Source: Octopus bimaculoides (taxonomy: Eukaryota). Taken from it: a stretch of DNA of 64,000 nucleotides. The stretch spans positions 146,013,380-146,077,379 of the forward strand of contig NC_068983.1 of NCBI RefSeq assembly GCF_001194135.2, given 5' to 3'. The notes under the pieces were generated by a model that was not told the DNA's origin, did not search any database, and saw nothing but the letters and a program-made list of their open reading frames with translations. The position numbers were made by a program, and so were the translations under genes. This document shows, one piece after another, positions 42,009-52,439 of this stretch; within the stretch, counting starts at the first letter, position 1; the number at the start of each line of letters is the position of its first letter.

Positions 42009-42190
42009 TCGAAAGATACCTTAGGAATGAGATCCCAGGCTCGAAATTTCCCCAAGATACCTGATGAAAACTGGAGGGTATATCAGCCGAAACGTTGTGT
42101 TAACAGCAAACAAGATGAGGACAAACATCCGTCAGATGTAAATAATGCAAATAATGTACATAATTCCTCATCTCTTAAATATAGAACTGT
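41860..42190 (+). mobile_element. Penelope-like terminal-repeat fragment with (AAT)n and a hammerhead-like core
   Basis: GATAC-CTGATGA...CAGCC-GAAACGTT-GTGTT at 42056-42101. Confidence 0.55.
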
Positions 42191-43696
42191 ACCTGCTGTT
42201 GATGTTGAAATTTCAATGAAGGAACCGTGGATCTAGGTTAGAAACCGGTTCTTTCTCTATTGGCAAGAAGTCTTGAAATAAACTGAATAATGACATACAT
42301 ACACACATGCATATATACATACATACATACACACACACATACATACATTCATATATGCACACACATACATACATACATACATACATACATACATACATAC
42401 ACATTTGTTTATGTGTTTCTATGTGTGCGAGGGGCTTTTGCACTGCTTCCGTCTACCAAATTTTATTTGCAACGAATTTGTCAACCTGAGGCAAATATCA
42501 AATGAATAGGAAGCAAACTTAACGACTCCGTAACCATGCCAGCACCCATTATACTGTATGGTAGTTACTTTAGTGACACCAGATAGTTGAAAGGTAGGTA
42601 AAGGATCGTTACTAAATACAGCAAAGCAATCCGTCATTGCCTCTTTGCTTCATATTAGCGATCACTTTCGATTCTTCCTCATCATATGTAATGACTAGTG
42701 GAGTCATGAATGTTAATGAGACAACGACTCCAAAATATTCACTTCTTGAATTTGCTTTTCTTACAGTATCAGTGTCCCAAATAGAACAAGACATCTTCAA
42801 CAAAACAATAAGCAAAGTCTATTAATTAATTTCTTTATAAAGCTAACAATTTACCAGAGTAAGTTGATGGAGTATCTTGGGTATCAATCACTCATTGACA
42901 ATCGGGCTCTTTACTTACAGTCATGGCTTTATATTTATATATATATATATNNNNNNNNNNNNNNNNNNNNNNNNNNNNNNNNNNNNNNNNNNNNNNNNNN
43001 NNNNNNNNNNNNNNNNNNNNNNNNNNNNNNNNNNNNNNNNNNNNNNNNNNNNNNNNNNNNNNNNNNNNNNNNNNNNNNNNNNNNNNNNNNNNNNNNNNNN
43101 NNNNNNNNNNNNNNNNNNNNNNNNNNNNNNNNNNNNNNNNNNNNNNNNNNNNNNNNNNNNNNNNNNNNNNNNNNNNNNNNNNNNNNNNNNNNNNNNNNNN
43201 NNNNNNNNNNNNNNNNNNNNNNNNNNNNNNNNNNNNNNNNNNNNNNNNNNNNNNNNNNNNNNNNNNNNNNNNNNNNNNNNNNNNNNNNNNNNNNNNNNNN
43301 NNNNNNNNNNNNNNNNNNNNNNNNNNNNNNNNNNNNNNNNNNNNNNNNNNNNNNNNNNNNNNNNNNNNNNNNNNNNNNNNNNNNNNNNNNNNNNNNNNNN
43401 NNNNNNNNNNNNNNNNNNNNNNNNNNNNNNNNNNNNNNNNNNNNNNNNNNNNNNNNNNNNNNNNNNNNNNNNNNNNNNNNNNNNNNNNNNNNNNNNNNNN
43501 NNNNNNNNNNNNNNNNNNNNNNNNNNNNNNNNNNNNNNNNNNNNNNNNNNNNNNNNNNNNNNNNNNNNNNNNNNNNNNNNNNNNNNNNNNNNNNNNNNNN
43601 NNNNNNNNNNNNNNNNNNNNNNNNNNNNNNNNNNNNNNNNNNNNNNNNNNNNNNNNNNNNNNATGTGGTTGGTAAGCAAGCTACTTACCACGCAGA

Positions 43697-43727
<31 letters not shown>

Positions 43728-44890
43728 CTTTTCAAGTCCATTTATGTGAAACATTTTTGAGTGTGCTCATAAAAGTTCCTATGCTATTTATTCCAGGTAT
43801 ATATATTCTCCTTAACTTCGTCTCTGTTTAGGTGACTTCAGTTGTCTGAGGAAGACAGATCAGCCCCCACATAATGCTAATAATAAGGCGAACATAATGG
43901 ACTCTCAACATCCTAGAATGTCTAATTGTAATAAGAATCCATTTTAGGTAGTTTAATTCCCCTTCTTTATGTCATCAGCAGGAGCATAGATGAGCTAATA
44001 TGGTAGTCCTAATATGGTAGTCCTAATATGGTCACTTGGTCTACCATATTTCTTTCAAGTCATACACTACCATCTTTAAAAATAAAAAAACACATTACAT
44101 AATATTCTCGTAGAAACAGTATGTCTGAGAAAAGGGACGGATACAGCTTGACTGTCTTTGGTTATAAGACCTGGGGCTAAGCAACAACAACACAACAACA
44201 ACGGTAGGGAACAGTAAAATATGACGAACGCACCATTTGTTTTTAGGGAATGAATTTAACTGTTCTTGTGGCTATTAAAATAGGAATTGTTGTGTCCTCC
44301 GGGTTTCGTATATCTATGTCCAAGTCGCATCAACGCAATAGGCTTATACGCATCAGTGTAGAAAAGAGTTAAGAGTCTGACATAATGGTCGAGATAAAGC
44401 ATTTTTTATTTGTATATATTTAGCTCACACTAATGTCACTGTATTGTTATAGGAAAGAGTGGATACAGTAAAACATGTTTGGAAATAAATTGAAAACAAA
44501 ACAGATTTACTATGTATATGTGTGCATATATGTGTATGCGTGCGTTGTGAAGACCTAAAGACTTTATAAAAAGACTTTATAAGCTAAAGAAAACAAAAGA
44601 TTTATTGTGTGTGTGTGTGTATTCGTACTCGTATGTGTGTATGTGTGTATGTGTGCAAACGGAAATCTTTATAAAGACTTCATAATATAAAGGATACAAT
44701 GGATTTAGCCTGCGCGCATGCTTGTATAATTTTAGCAAAATATTTTTAGTATGTGTGTGTGTGAATTTCAATGTATGATTATGTGTGTATGTGATGTAAG
44801 TGTTGTGAAGACCGAAGATGTTATAAGATAAAAAAATTAAAATATTAAGTTATACGTATACGCGTTTGCGTATGTGTGTGTGCGTGTGTG

Positions 44891-44925
<35 letters not shown>

Positions 44926-45269
44926 ACGTTTTCATGTCTATATAGTTGTGCGTGTAAAAACGCATCGGTTGGTTCAGGCGGAAGACGGGATAGCCCAGAA
45001 TAAACAAATATTTTAATCGGAATTTACAAACTGAATAGATTTTTGGATCATTATGATTTCTATTGTTTTGTTAATAGGTTGATATTGAATGATAAATTGT
45101 AAAGGTCTGTTTAGATTTCGCCTCAAATACAACAAAATATTTCTATAAAATCAGTGTTTTAAAATGTCCGTTGTATCAAGCTTCCCCCACTTCGGCACTT
45201 TTAAACGCGTACAGTTTTTGTTTCCTAAACTTGTGTTAGAGGAAGAGTAAAGCATATCATAATGATTTC

Positions 45270-45470
45270 TAATTTAGATACAAAGCCAATAATTTCGGGC
45301 AGGAGTGTTTAGTCTATTACATCGCGACCAAGGTTTTATTTTAACGACTTCGGCAGGATGAAAAGTAAAGGTGACCTCAGTGATAATTGAACTCAGAACG
45401 TAAAGTGTCGGAATAAATATCGCGAAGGATATTGCCAGACGTTCTAGTGATTCTTCCAATCTAACATCCT
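45270..45470 (-). mobile_element. SINE family A copy
   Basis: gcaggatgaaaagtaaaggtgacctc...ttgaactcagaacgtaaag. Confidence 0.7.
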
Positions 45471-46534
45471 TGCAGCAGTATAAAATAATATATCATAAGT
45501 TAATACCAAATTATCCAAGTGAGGATGGTATTCCACTAAATCCTCCTTGTATCACTGCCTCAAATCTTAAACAAGAATGGGATACATTAAATGTTATAGT
45601 CCTATATTATTCCTGAAAAAGCGGCATGATCATGGTTGGAATTCGTATAACCATAGGTCATCTCAGTAGAAGTGGACCTGAGGGCTACACAGTGTCATCT
45701 TCATCTTCATCATCGACTTTTTATCGTACATCTGTGGAGAATCAGCTTAAAGACCCTTCCCTACCATCTTCAGCCTTTTACCAAATATGGAGTTGAACTT
45801 ACCTCTGTTATTAATGGGGCCGATGCCAGTCTGTTTACTGAAACAGCCTCGTTCAAATTTCTTTCAAATCACATCCTCATATCTTAAACCTTTTAGTCAA
45901 AATTCACTGCATTTAGATACGAATCTGTTTCAATTCTACGCGCCTCATTACGTAACTGCCGGCGTGCTTAGCAAATTTGTTTTGCAACTATCGTTAGATA
46001 TACATATAATACTCATCTCGATTGTAAGGAGCCTAAATTGTTTTAAGAATTTTATATCATCTATACCACAAAAAACATAATGTACACACCCCTTATTTTA
46101 ATTTTCATTTTGTTGAAAAAAAGGAGTTATACAAAGACTTTACGTTATGTAGTTACGGGCTCGATCGCACTACAAGCATCTTGGACCTGAGTCCTCCGCC
46201 ATAGAGCCAATACTTAACTATATCTCACAATGGTGCCTATTTGTGCTTAGTATTTCCAATCAGTTTTTCAATGCACTACATGAAATATATTCACCACTAT
46301 TTAACGTTGATTTTTTAGGCGAAAAATGTTTCAATTAGGCAAAGTAGGTGTTTTATTTTTTATGCTAATTTTCCACTGCTATTTGGATTATAATATTACA
46401 TGGTTGCGTTTAAAATCAGAACATAAAGCGACGTCATAAAATATCGAAAAATGTTTTTCGTCCAGCTCTCTATCGACTTCGAAATACATCACTCGTTCAC
46501 ATAAAAAAAACTACTAACATTCATGTTAGTTCAA

Positions 46535-46740
46535 AGGCAGTTAGCTGACAGAATTGTTAGAACGTAGGGTAAAAAAAAATGCTTTGCTGTATTTCTTCAG
46601 TTTCATTACGTTCTGAATTCAAATTTCGCCAAGGTTGACTTTACTTTTCATCCTTTTGGAGTCAAGTGCTGGGATTGATGCAATCGACTTGTCCCTGACC
46701 CTCAAAATAGTTGGCTTTGTATTCAAATTAGAAAGAAATA
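46535..46740 (+). mobile_element. SINE family A copy about 100 bp upstream of the exon 2 acceptor
   Basis: aaggcagttagctgacagaattgttag...ttctgaattcaaatttcgccaaggttgactttacttttcatcc. Confidence 0.8.
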
Positions 46741-46841
46741 TTAATATCAGTTCAATTGAAATTTACAGAATGTTGTGAATGTTTTTGTATTTATTGTTTA
46801 TTTGTGTCTTCAATTTTTATTTTTTATTTTTTTATACTCAG

Positions 46842-47029
46842 GTAAAAATTACGTCCATATGCTTTTGCTTCCTTTTGGGATTGGGAGTATTGTTTGATTC
46901 CTGGGCTGAAGCCGGCTGCGCCAGACCTTGCCTTTTGAGTTTCTTTCGGTGTGTCAGAAGCGTTGAAGAAGAATGCTGTAGTGGTTACAGAACTTGCATG
47001 AAAGATGCCTGTGATGTCGCAAATCCATC
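46842..47029 (+). CDS. Neuropeptide precursor, exon 2 (signal peptide + most of an 8-Cys peptide)
   Basis: Long T-tract ending TACTCAG (acceptor) and GTAAGT donor at 47030. The 188 nt encode VKITSICFCFLLGLGVLFDSWAEA GCARPCLLSFFRCVRSVEEECCSGYRTCMKDACDVANP plus TC. Hydrophobic core with an A-x-A cleavage motif. The phase-2 end matches exon 3 (TC+A = Ser). Confidence 0.9.
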
Positions 47030-47101
47030 GTAAGTACAACTATTTCACTTTCATATAATTAATCCTTGTATCGAACTCTGATTTGTTGGTTCTCTTAGAT
47101 T

Positions 47102-47151
<50 letters not shown>

Positions 47152-48196
47152 AGAGAAGAGAAGGAATTTTATAACAGTGCATGACTTTTCGAATAACGTA
47201 CGAGCCGTGAGAAGACAATGACACCAGATGTGAAGATATTTTGCTCTCAGCATCCTATACCGTCTAATTGTGAGCGAAAGTCCACTTTCGGTAGCTTAGG
47301 AAGACAGACAAGCTAATGAATCACTGTGCAATAGTTCGAATGTAATAAATAGCAACCAAGTATCCTTCAAATCAAACCCCACAATCTTAAGAAGGAAGTA
47401 CATATCGAACAATGTAGTCCGATATGATCTTTAAAACACAAATCACACATTTTGATCGAAGGATATAAATGGTTAAATCCTTTTCGGTACTTCTACTTAC
47501 TTTATTGACCCCGAAATAATAGTCACTTGCTAACATCAGAGCCTCTATGTGGTCACTCGATCTGCTATAAATATCAGTAAGTGAATCGCTCTCTCAAACC
47601 ACACCCTATAGTCTTCAAAAAGAAAGAACTCTCAGGATAATGAAGTCAAAGATGAGAAAATCACAGCTGGAACGTCTCTAATCAAAGATTTGCTCAGTCA
47701 GGACTCAATCTAAACTAAATCGAGAACAACATCTTCCATTCCTTTCCAATCACAGAGTCTCTGTTAACATATGAATTCTGTTCCTTGAGTTCGCAGCAAC
47801 TACAGTACTTCGATATCTAGTTTTCACATTATACAGTAAAATCACTTGAATACAAATCATTGATATTGTTTTTCTAAAATCGTTCCGTGCTTTAGAGATC
47901 TGAGCTCAAGTCTTGAATGTGGAGCAACTTTTACATTTATTGTAGGTAGTAGATATAATTGTTCAAAAGTTTGAACGGGATACAGTTTATTTTAGTAACA
48001 AAATGATTAGTGCAAATAAATTAAATCACAAATGATGTAGAATGATTGCTGTATATAAAAGTCAGCTTCGAATTTGATCATTTATATCAAAGCTGTTTTA
48101 CACTTTCTTATTAGTCAGCAATGTTTTGTACGAACCAATAATGTTGTTCAGTTCATTAATATTACAAGACCTTTTCAATATCATCCATATCATTCC

Positions 48197-48403
48197 ATTA
48201 GAATCCTCAAAGTTATGATACGTACATGGTGGTCGTCAACTTAACGGTGTTGTGTAAGCTGTTATTCACTGTAAATTTCAGCACGGGAATTGCTGAGAGC
48301 CATTGTCTTTAACATCTAGGATTACACAGTTTATCGATGATGGCCATACTAGTCTACGAGTTGACAGCCACCATGTATGCATCATAACTCTTAGAATTCT
48401 AAT
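48197..48403. mobile_element. Fold-back element / MITE in intron 2
   Basis: About 45-bp imperfect inverted termini; the inner 31 bp match at 27/31 (AGTTATGATACGTACATGGTGGTCGTCAACT versus the reverse complement of 48359-48389). Confidence 0.65.
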
Positions 48404-49121
48404 AAAATATCTTCTATGACAGTTTACGAAAGTTTAACATCGTTACATGTAAACGCAGTTAACGGCAGCCATTTTAATCGTCTGACAACACATTTGCATG
48501 AACTTTTCAAACATTTCTTAAATGGTTTTACCACGATTAGAATGTGTTGCTTGAGAAAAGGGAAGAGTTTCCTAATTGCTTCGCATTTTCGTGAATGATT
48601 AGACAGTTAGAGCTGTCTTTCTCCCCAGATAAATAGAAAATAATTATATAGTTAATTTATCTGGCTAGGAATTGTCTCTTAAAATGAGTGTGTGTGTGTA
48701 CATCATTGTGTATGTATATGTGTGTGTGTGTGTCTGTGTATGTACGTACGTACGTATGTATGTATGTATGTATGTATGTATGTATGTATGTATGTATGTA
48801 CGTATGTATGTATAAAAATATGTGAGATAGAAATTAATTCACGCGACTCTTTATTTAGAGCCACTACGATAGTTTTGACTCATCATGCACCAGTACCTTA
48901 CCGGTAAGATGTACAAACAATTGTCATGCATCATTGGTGCAGATGCGTTTCCTCAAGTGACTTCTGAAAAAATTACCTCGTTTTTTTTTATATCTAGCCG
49001 TTTCGCTTATTTCTATAACAATACACTTTTGGTTAGTGTAGCATATTATCCTTCCTCATAAGGAACTGCGATATTTATGTATGTTTGTATGTATGTATGT
49101 ATGTATGTATGTATGTATATA

Positions 49122-49164
<43 letters not shown>

Positions 49165-50606
49165 NNNNNNNNNNNNNNNNNNNNNNNNNNNNNNNNNNNN
49201 NNNNNNNNNNNNNNNNNNNNNNNNNNNNNNNNNNNNNNNNNNNNNNNNNNNNNNNNNNNNNNNNNNNNNNNNNNNNNNNNNNNNNNNNNNNNNNNNNNNN
49301 NNNNNNNNNNNNNNNNNNNNNNNNNNNNNNNNNNNNNNNNNNNNNNNNNNNNNNNNNNNNNNNNNNNNNNNNNNNNNNNNNNNNNNNNNNNNNNNNNNNN
49401 NNNNNNNNNNNNNNNNNNNNNNNNNNNNNNNNNNNNNNNNNNNNNNNNNNNNNNNNNNNNNNNNNNNNNNNNNNNNNNNNNNCACGCACACGCACACGCA
49501 CACACACACGCACGCACACACACACACACACAAACACGAGCACGATTGTTTTCCATATACTTTTCGTCAACGAAATCCCACTGAAAGTATTGGTAAACCT
49601 ATGGCTGGAAAAAGTAGAAGACTGTACGGTAGTCCCAGCTACCGTACAGTGGGATCGAACTTTGAACCACTTTGTTGCGAAGCGAATTTCTAAATCAGAC
49701 GGCCAGCCATGCCGACACTTCATATAGTTTCGGATAGCATAACTGCACAGAATCACCTTTACCTTGAGTATTTATTCCGTGGTACTTAGCAGACACTGAG
49801 TTTCCTATAACATGATAACTACTTAAAACACATAACAGGTATAAATGACTTTGCAGGAATGATAATGCTATATCTGTAGATACAAACAGCGAGAATGATA
49901 AAGTTAGTGTCTGGCAAAATACCCTGCAATTAATAATTACATTTCTTTACAGTTCAGCTAAGGATTAGTTTGCCTTTCCTCTTTCCCAGTAATATACAAC
50001 CTCCTACAACCTCCTCCACTCCAAACAAACAGTTCTCTCCGTATGTTACTGTAGTAAAACCTATATTTCTGTCAACAAAATGTTTTTACTGTTGTTTAAT
50101 TCCAGATCCTCTCTGATCAAAGAAACTGATGGCGAAAGTCGTTCTAGTTGTGAACATTTCATCTTATTTGGAACTACATTGTCTAATGCATTTCCTTTTA
50201 AGATAGTCAGATATTGTTTGGGGGAGATTTAGTTAGTATTTCTAGTTGGTCTGGTTATGACGTAAAAGCTCCCTAGTTGGCTCGTTCCAGAGTCTCGGTA
50301 ACTCTCAAGGTAACAACGGCCTACATATTTCAAAGCATAAGGTATCCATTTTGGCCCATTTTGCTCTTATTACTGCTGCAAGTAACATTTATTCAAAATA
50401 CTGCATAGTATCAGTGTTACAATATGATGTTACGTTCATCAGGTAAAAGAGATTATCTGCTTTACGTATAAATATCTTGTATGAGAAGTTGAGAAAATCC
50501 AATCTCCTTACTGTAGACCATCCAACTAACACGTTATGGCCTTCGTTTCAGAAGATAGTATCGCAACTTGAGCTCATTATTACTTTTTTTTCTCTTTAAC
50601 TTTTAG

Positions 50607-50838
50607 ATGCAATGATAATGTCGGTAAACGAAGTGGCTGGTATAAACGTGGAAGTTGGGACAAACGTGGAAGCTGGAATAAGAAAAGTGATGATCAAACC
50701 AAACGTGGCAGCTGGAACAAACGTTCGGATGAAGAGGACAGCAAACGAGGCAGCTGGAACAAACGACAAGAAACGGACGACTTCTCTGAGGCAATGCTTA
50801 AGAAAGTCCTTAATGAAAACTATGGAGTCCACTTGTAA
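50607..50838 (+). CDS. Neuropeptide precursor, terminal exon: achatin-like / Ocp-3/Ocp-4 (GSWD, GSWN x3, SGWY) peptides
   Basis: Acceptor TTTTTTTTTCTCTTTAACTTTTAG. The frame from 50608 reads CNDNVGKRSGWYKRGSWDKRGSWNKKSDDQTKRGSWNKRSDEEDSKRGSWNKRQETDDFSEAMLKKVLNENYGVHL*, with TAA at 50836-50838. Repeated tetrapeptides sit between dibasic sites with acidic spacers. GSWD equals the octopus cardioactive peptide Ocp-3/4 (established knowledge). Confidence 0.95.
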
Positions 50839-51070
50839 ACAAATTATACTAATAATACATATATATAGAAACATATGTATATTATGATAAAATGTGAACT
50901 AAACTTTTCCTCTGGGATATTAACTGCATACAAATGGAAAGGATTATTACACGCCGGTTAGCACGAATGCCAAGACATTTCTTCTGTAAGATTCTTCGCA
51001 GCTAACAGTATGGAATTTAAAGGCTCTTCAAACCAACCTGCATTTTAAACATTTCATGCTTTTTTTTTTT

Positions 51071-51076
51071 AATAAA
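51071..51076 (+). terminator. Candidate polyadenylation signal of the neuropeptide gene
   Basis: First AATAAA after the stop codon, about 230 nt downstream, followed by T-rich sequence. A second AATAAA lies at about 51300-51305. Confidence 0.4.
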
Positions 51077-51349
51077 TTCATTTTCCTGAAACCGTTTCTT
51101 TCTTCATCATTTTTAAAAATCATTTATCTGTTATATCTTTTATTTTATACATTACTTTTATTTTTTTACCTTATGATTATCGGATGATCTCTTATTGTTG
51201 TGGATATCAGTAAAAATCTGAACCTGACGAGTTTGGAATCTATATGTATTTTTATTTTGCCTTTCAGGTTGCTATATTAAATATGTTGACTGAACTAGCA
51301 ATAAAGTAAAGAAAATATATACATACATATGTGGGTGCATAATAATGTT

Positions 51350-51720
51350 TCCCAATTTTAATTTCAAGAACAGCAAGTTTAAGGAGTGGGGACTAGTCGA
51401 TCACAGTGACGCGAATACTTGACTAGTATTTTATTTTATCAACCCAGAAAGAATAAAAGGCAAAGTTGATGTAAAGAGCCTAAAGAAATATTATTAAACA
51501 TTTTCTCCGTTATGCTAACGATTCTACTAGCTCACCGCCTTATTAATCCTTTCTATTATAAGCACAAGGCCTGAAATTTTGGGACTAGTCGATTACACTG
51601 ACACCAGTGTTCAGCTGGTACTTATTTAATTGACTCCGAAAGAATGAAAGACAAAATCGGCCTCGGCGGATTTTAACTCAGAACGTAATGACGGCGTGTT
51701 AAAGGTTAAAGGTTCATTTT
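51350..51720 (-). mobile_element. Two tandem SINE family A copies just 3' of the gene
   Basis: ggactagtcga...aaaggcaaagttg... and gcacaaggcctgaaatttttgggactagtcg...cctcggcggattttaactcagaacg. Confidence 0.75.
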
Positions 51721-51755
51721 GTCCGGCGTGTTAAAGGTTCTGCCACCTTACCATC

Positions 51756-51809
<54 letters not shown>

Positions 51810-51811
<2 letters not shown>

Positions 51812-52357
51812 GCCCTGATGCAGTACCAGACACTAGTTCTCATGGGTTCTCATCTTAACTTATTGGAAGTGTTATCATGTACATTGTTTTGTCTTGGCAT
51901 AAAAGACGGGCTACAGCAAATATTCTGCTCAGTACCATATATTTTCTTATCAGTTGTTTGAGCTTAACCAGTTGAGCATGTCCCTTAGTGGCTGACGATA
52001 TGTGCATCGCTGATCACGAGCAGAAGTAGTGGGGGAGCCATGTGTTTAGAGGGATTCTTTGGGGTTTGAATAATTCACCTTTGGAAATATCGGTGTTTCG
52101 TTCAACATCCTTAAACAAACCTTATTCAAGAACCTTTTGAGCGGAATGGGCTACTCGACCTGAAGAAAATTCTAACTGGACCCCACCTGCAAGGTCATGC
52201 GCTGTGTATTTTGATATAAGATCACTATGTCGCGCACATATGGTTGTGATGCATGTGCTTGGTGTACCCTTATCAGATGGGTTGTCATGATGGGTATACT
52301 GGGCTTCGTATAGTTTACCCTAGTGTCACTTTGATGACATGCACTGCTCTCCCACTC

Positions 52358-52390
<33 letters not shown>
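51810..52390 (+). repeat. Unclassified interspersed repeat ending in an (AAT)n tail
   Basis: Higher-complexity block bracketed by (AAT)n, ending ...gcactgctctcccactc(AAT)n. The tail suggests a retroposed element. Confidence 0.45.
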
Positions 52391-52393
<3 letters not shown>

Positions 52394-52439
52394 TTTTACT
52401 GGCCGCAAGAGTCGCAAATAAACATTTTGGAAAAAATAA

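Noticed and set aside
45797-45900. Minus-strand GAG|GTAAGT donor in intron 1 (possible antisense exon)
   Set aside because: The upstream frames contain stops or give only a ~35-nt unrecognisable exon; no other support.
46779-46841. N-terminal extension MFLYLLFICVFNFYFLFFYTQ of the 84-aa ORF
   Set aside because: It is the translated polypyrimidine tract. Read unspliced, the ORF stops at the donor (TCG TAA) with only 7 Cys.
50612-50887. ORF-track 91-aa plus ORF (MIMSVNEVAGINVEVG...) and the antisense ORFs 50596-50874 and 50603-50794
   Set aside because: These are shadow frames of exon 3. The KR-delimited peptide frame starting at 50608 is the one in phase with exon 2.
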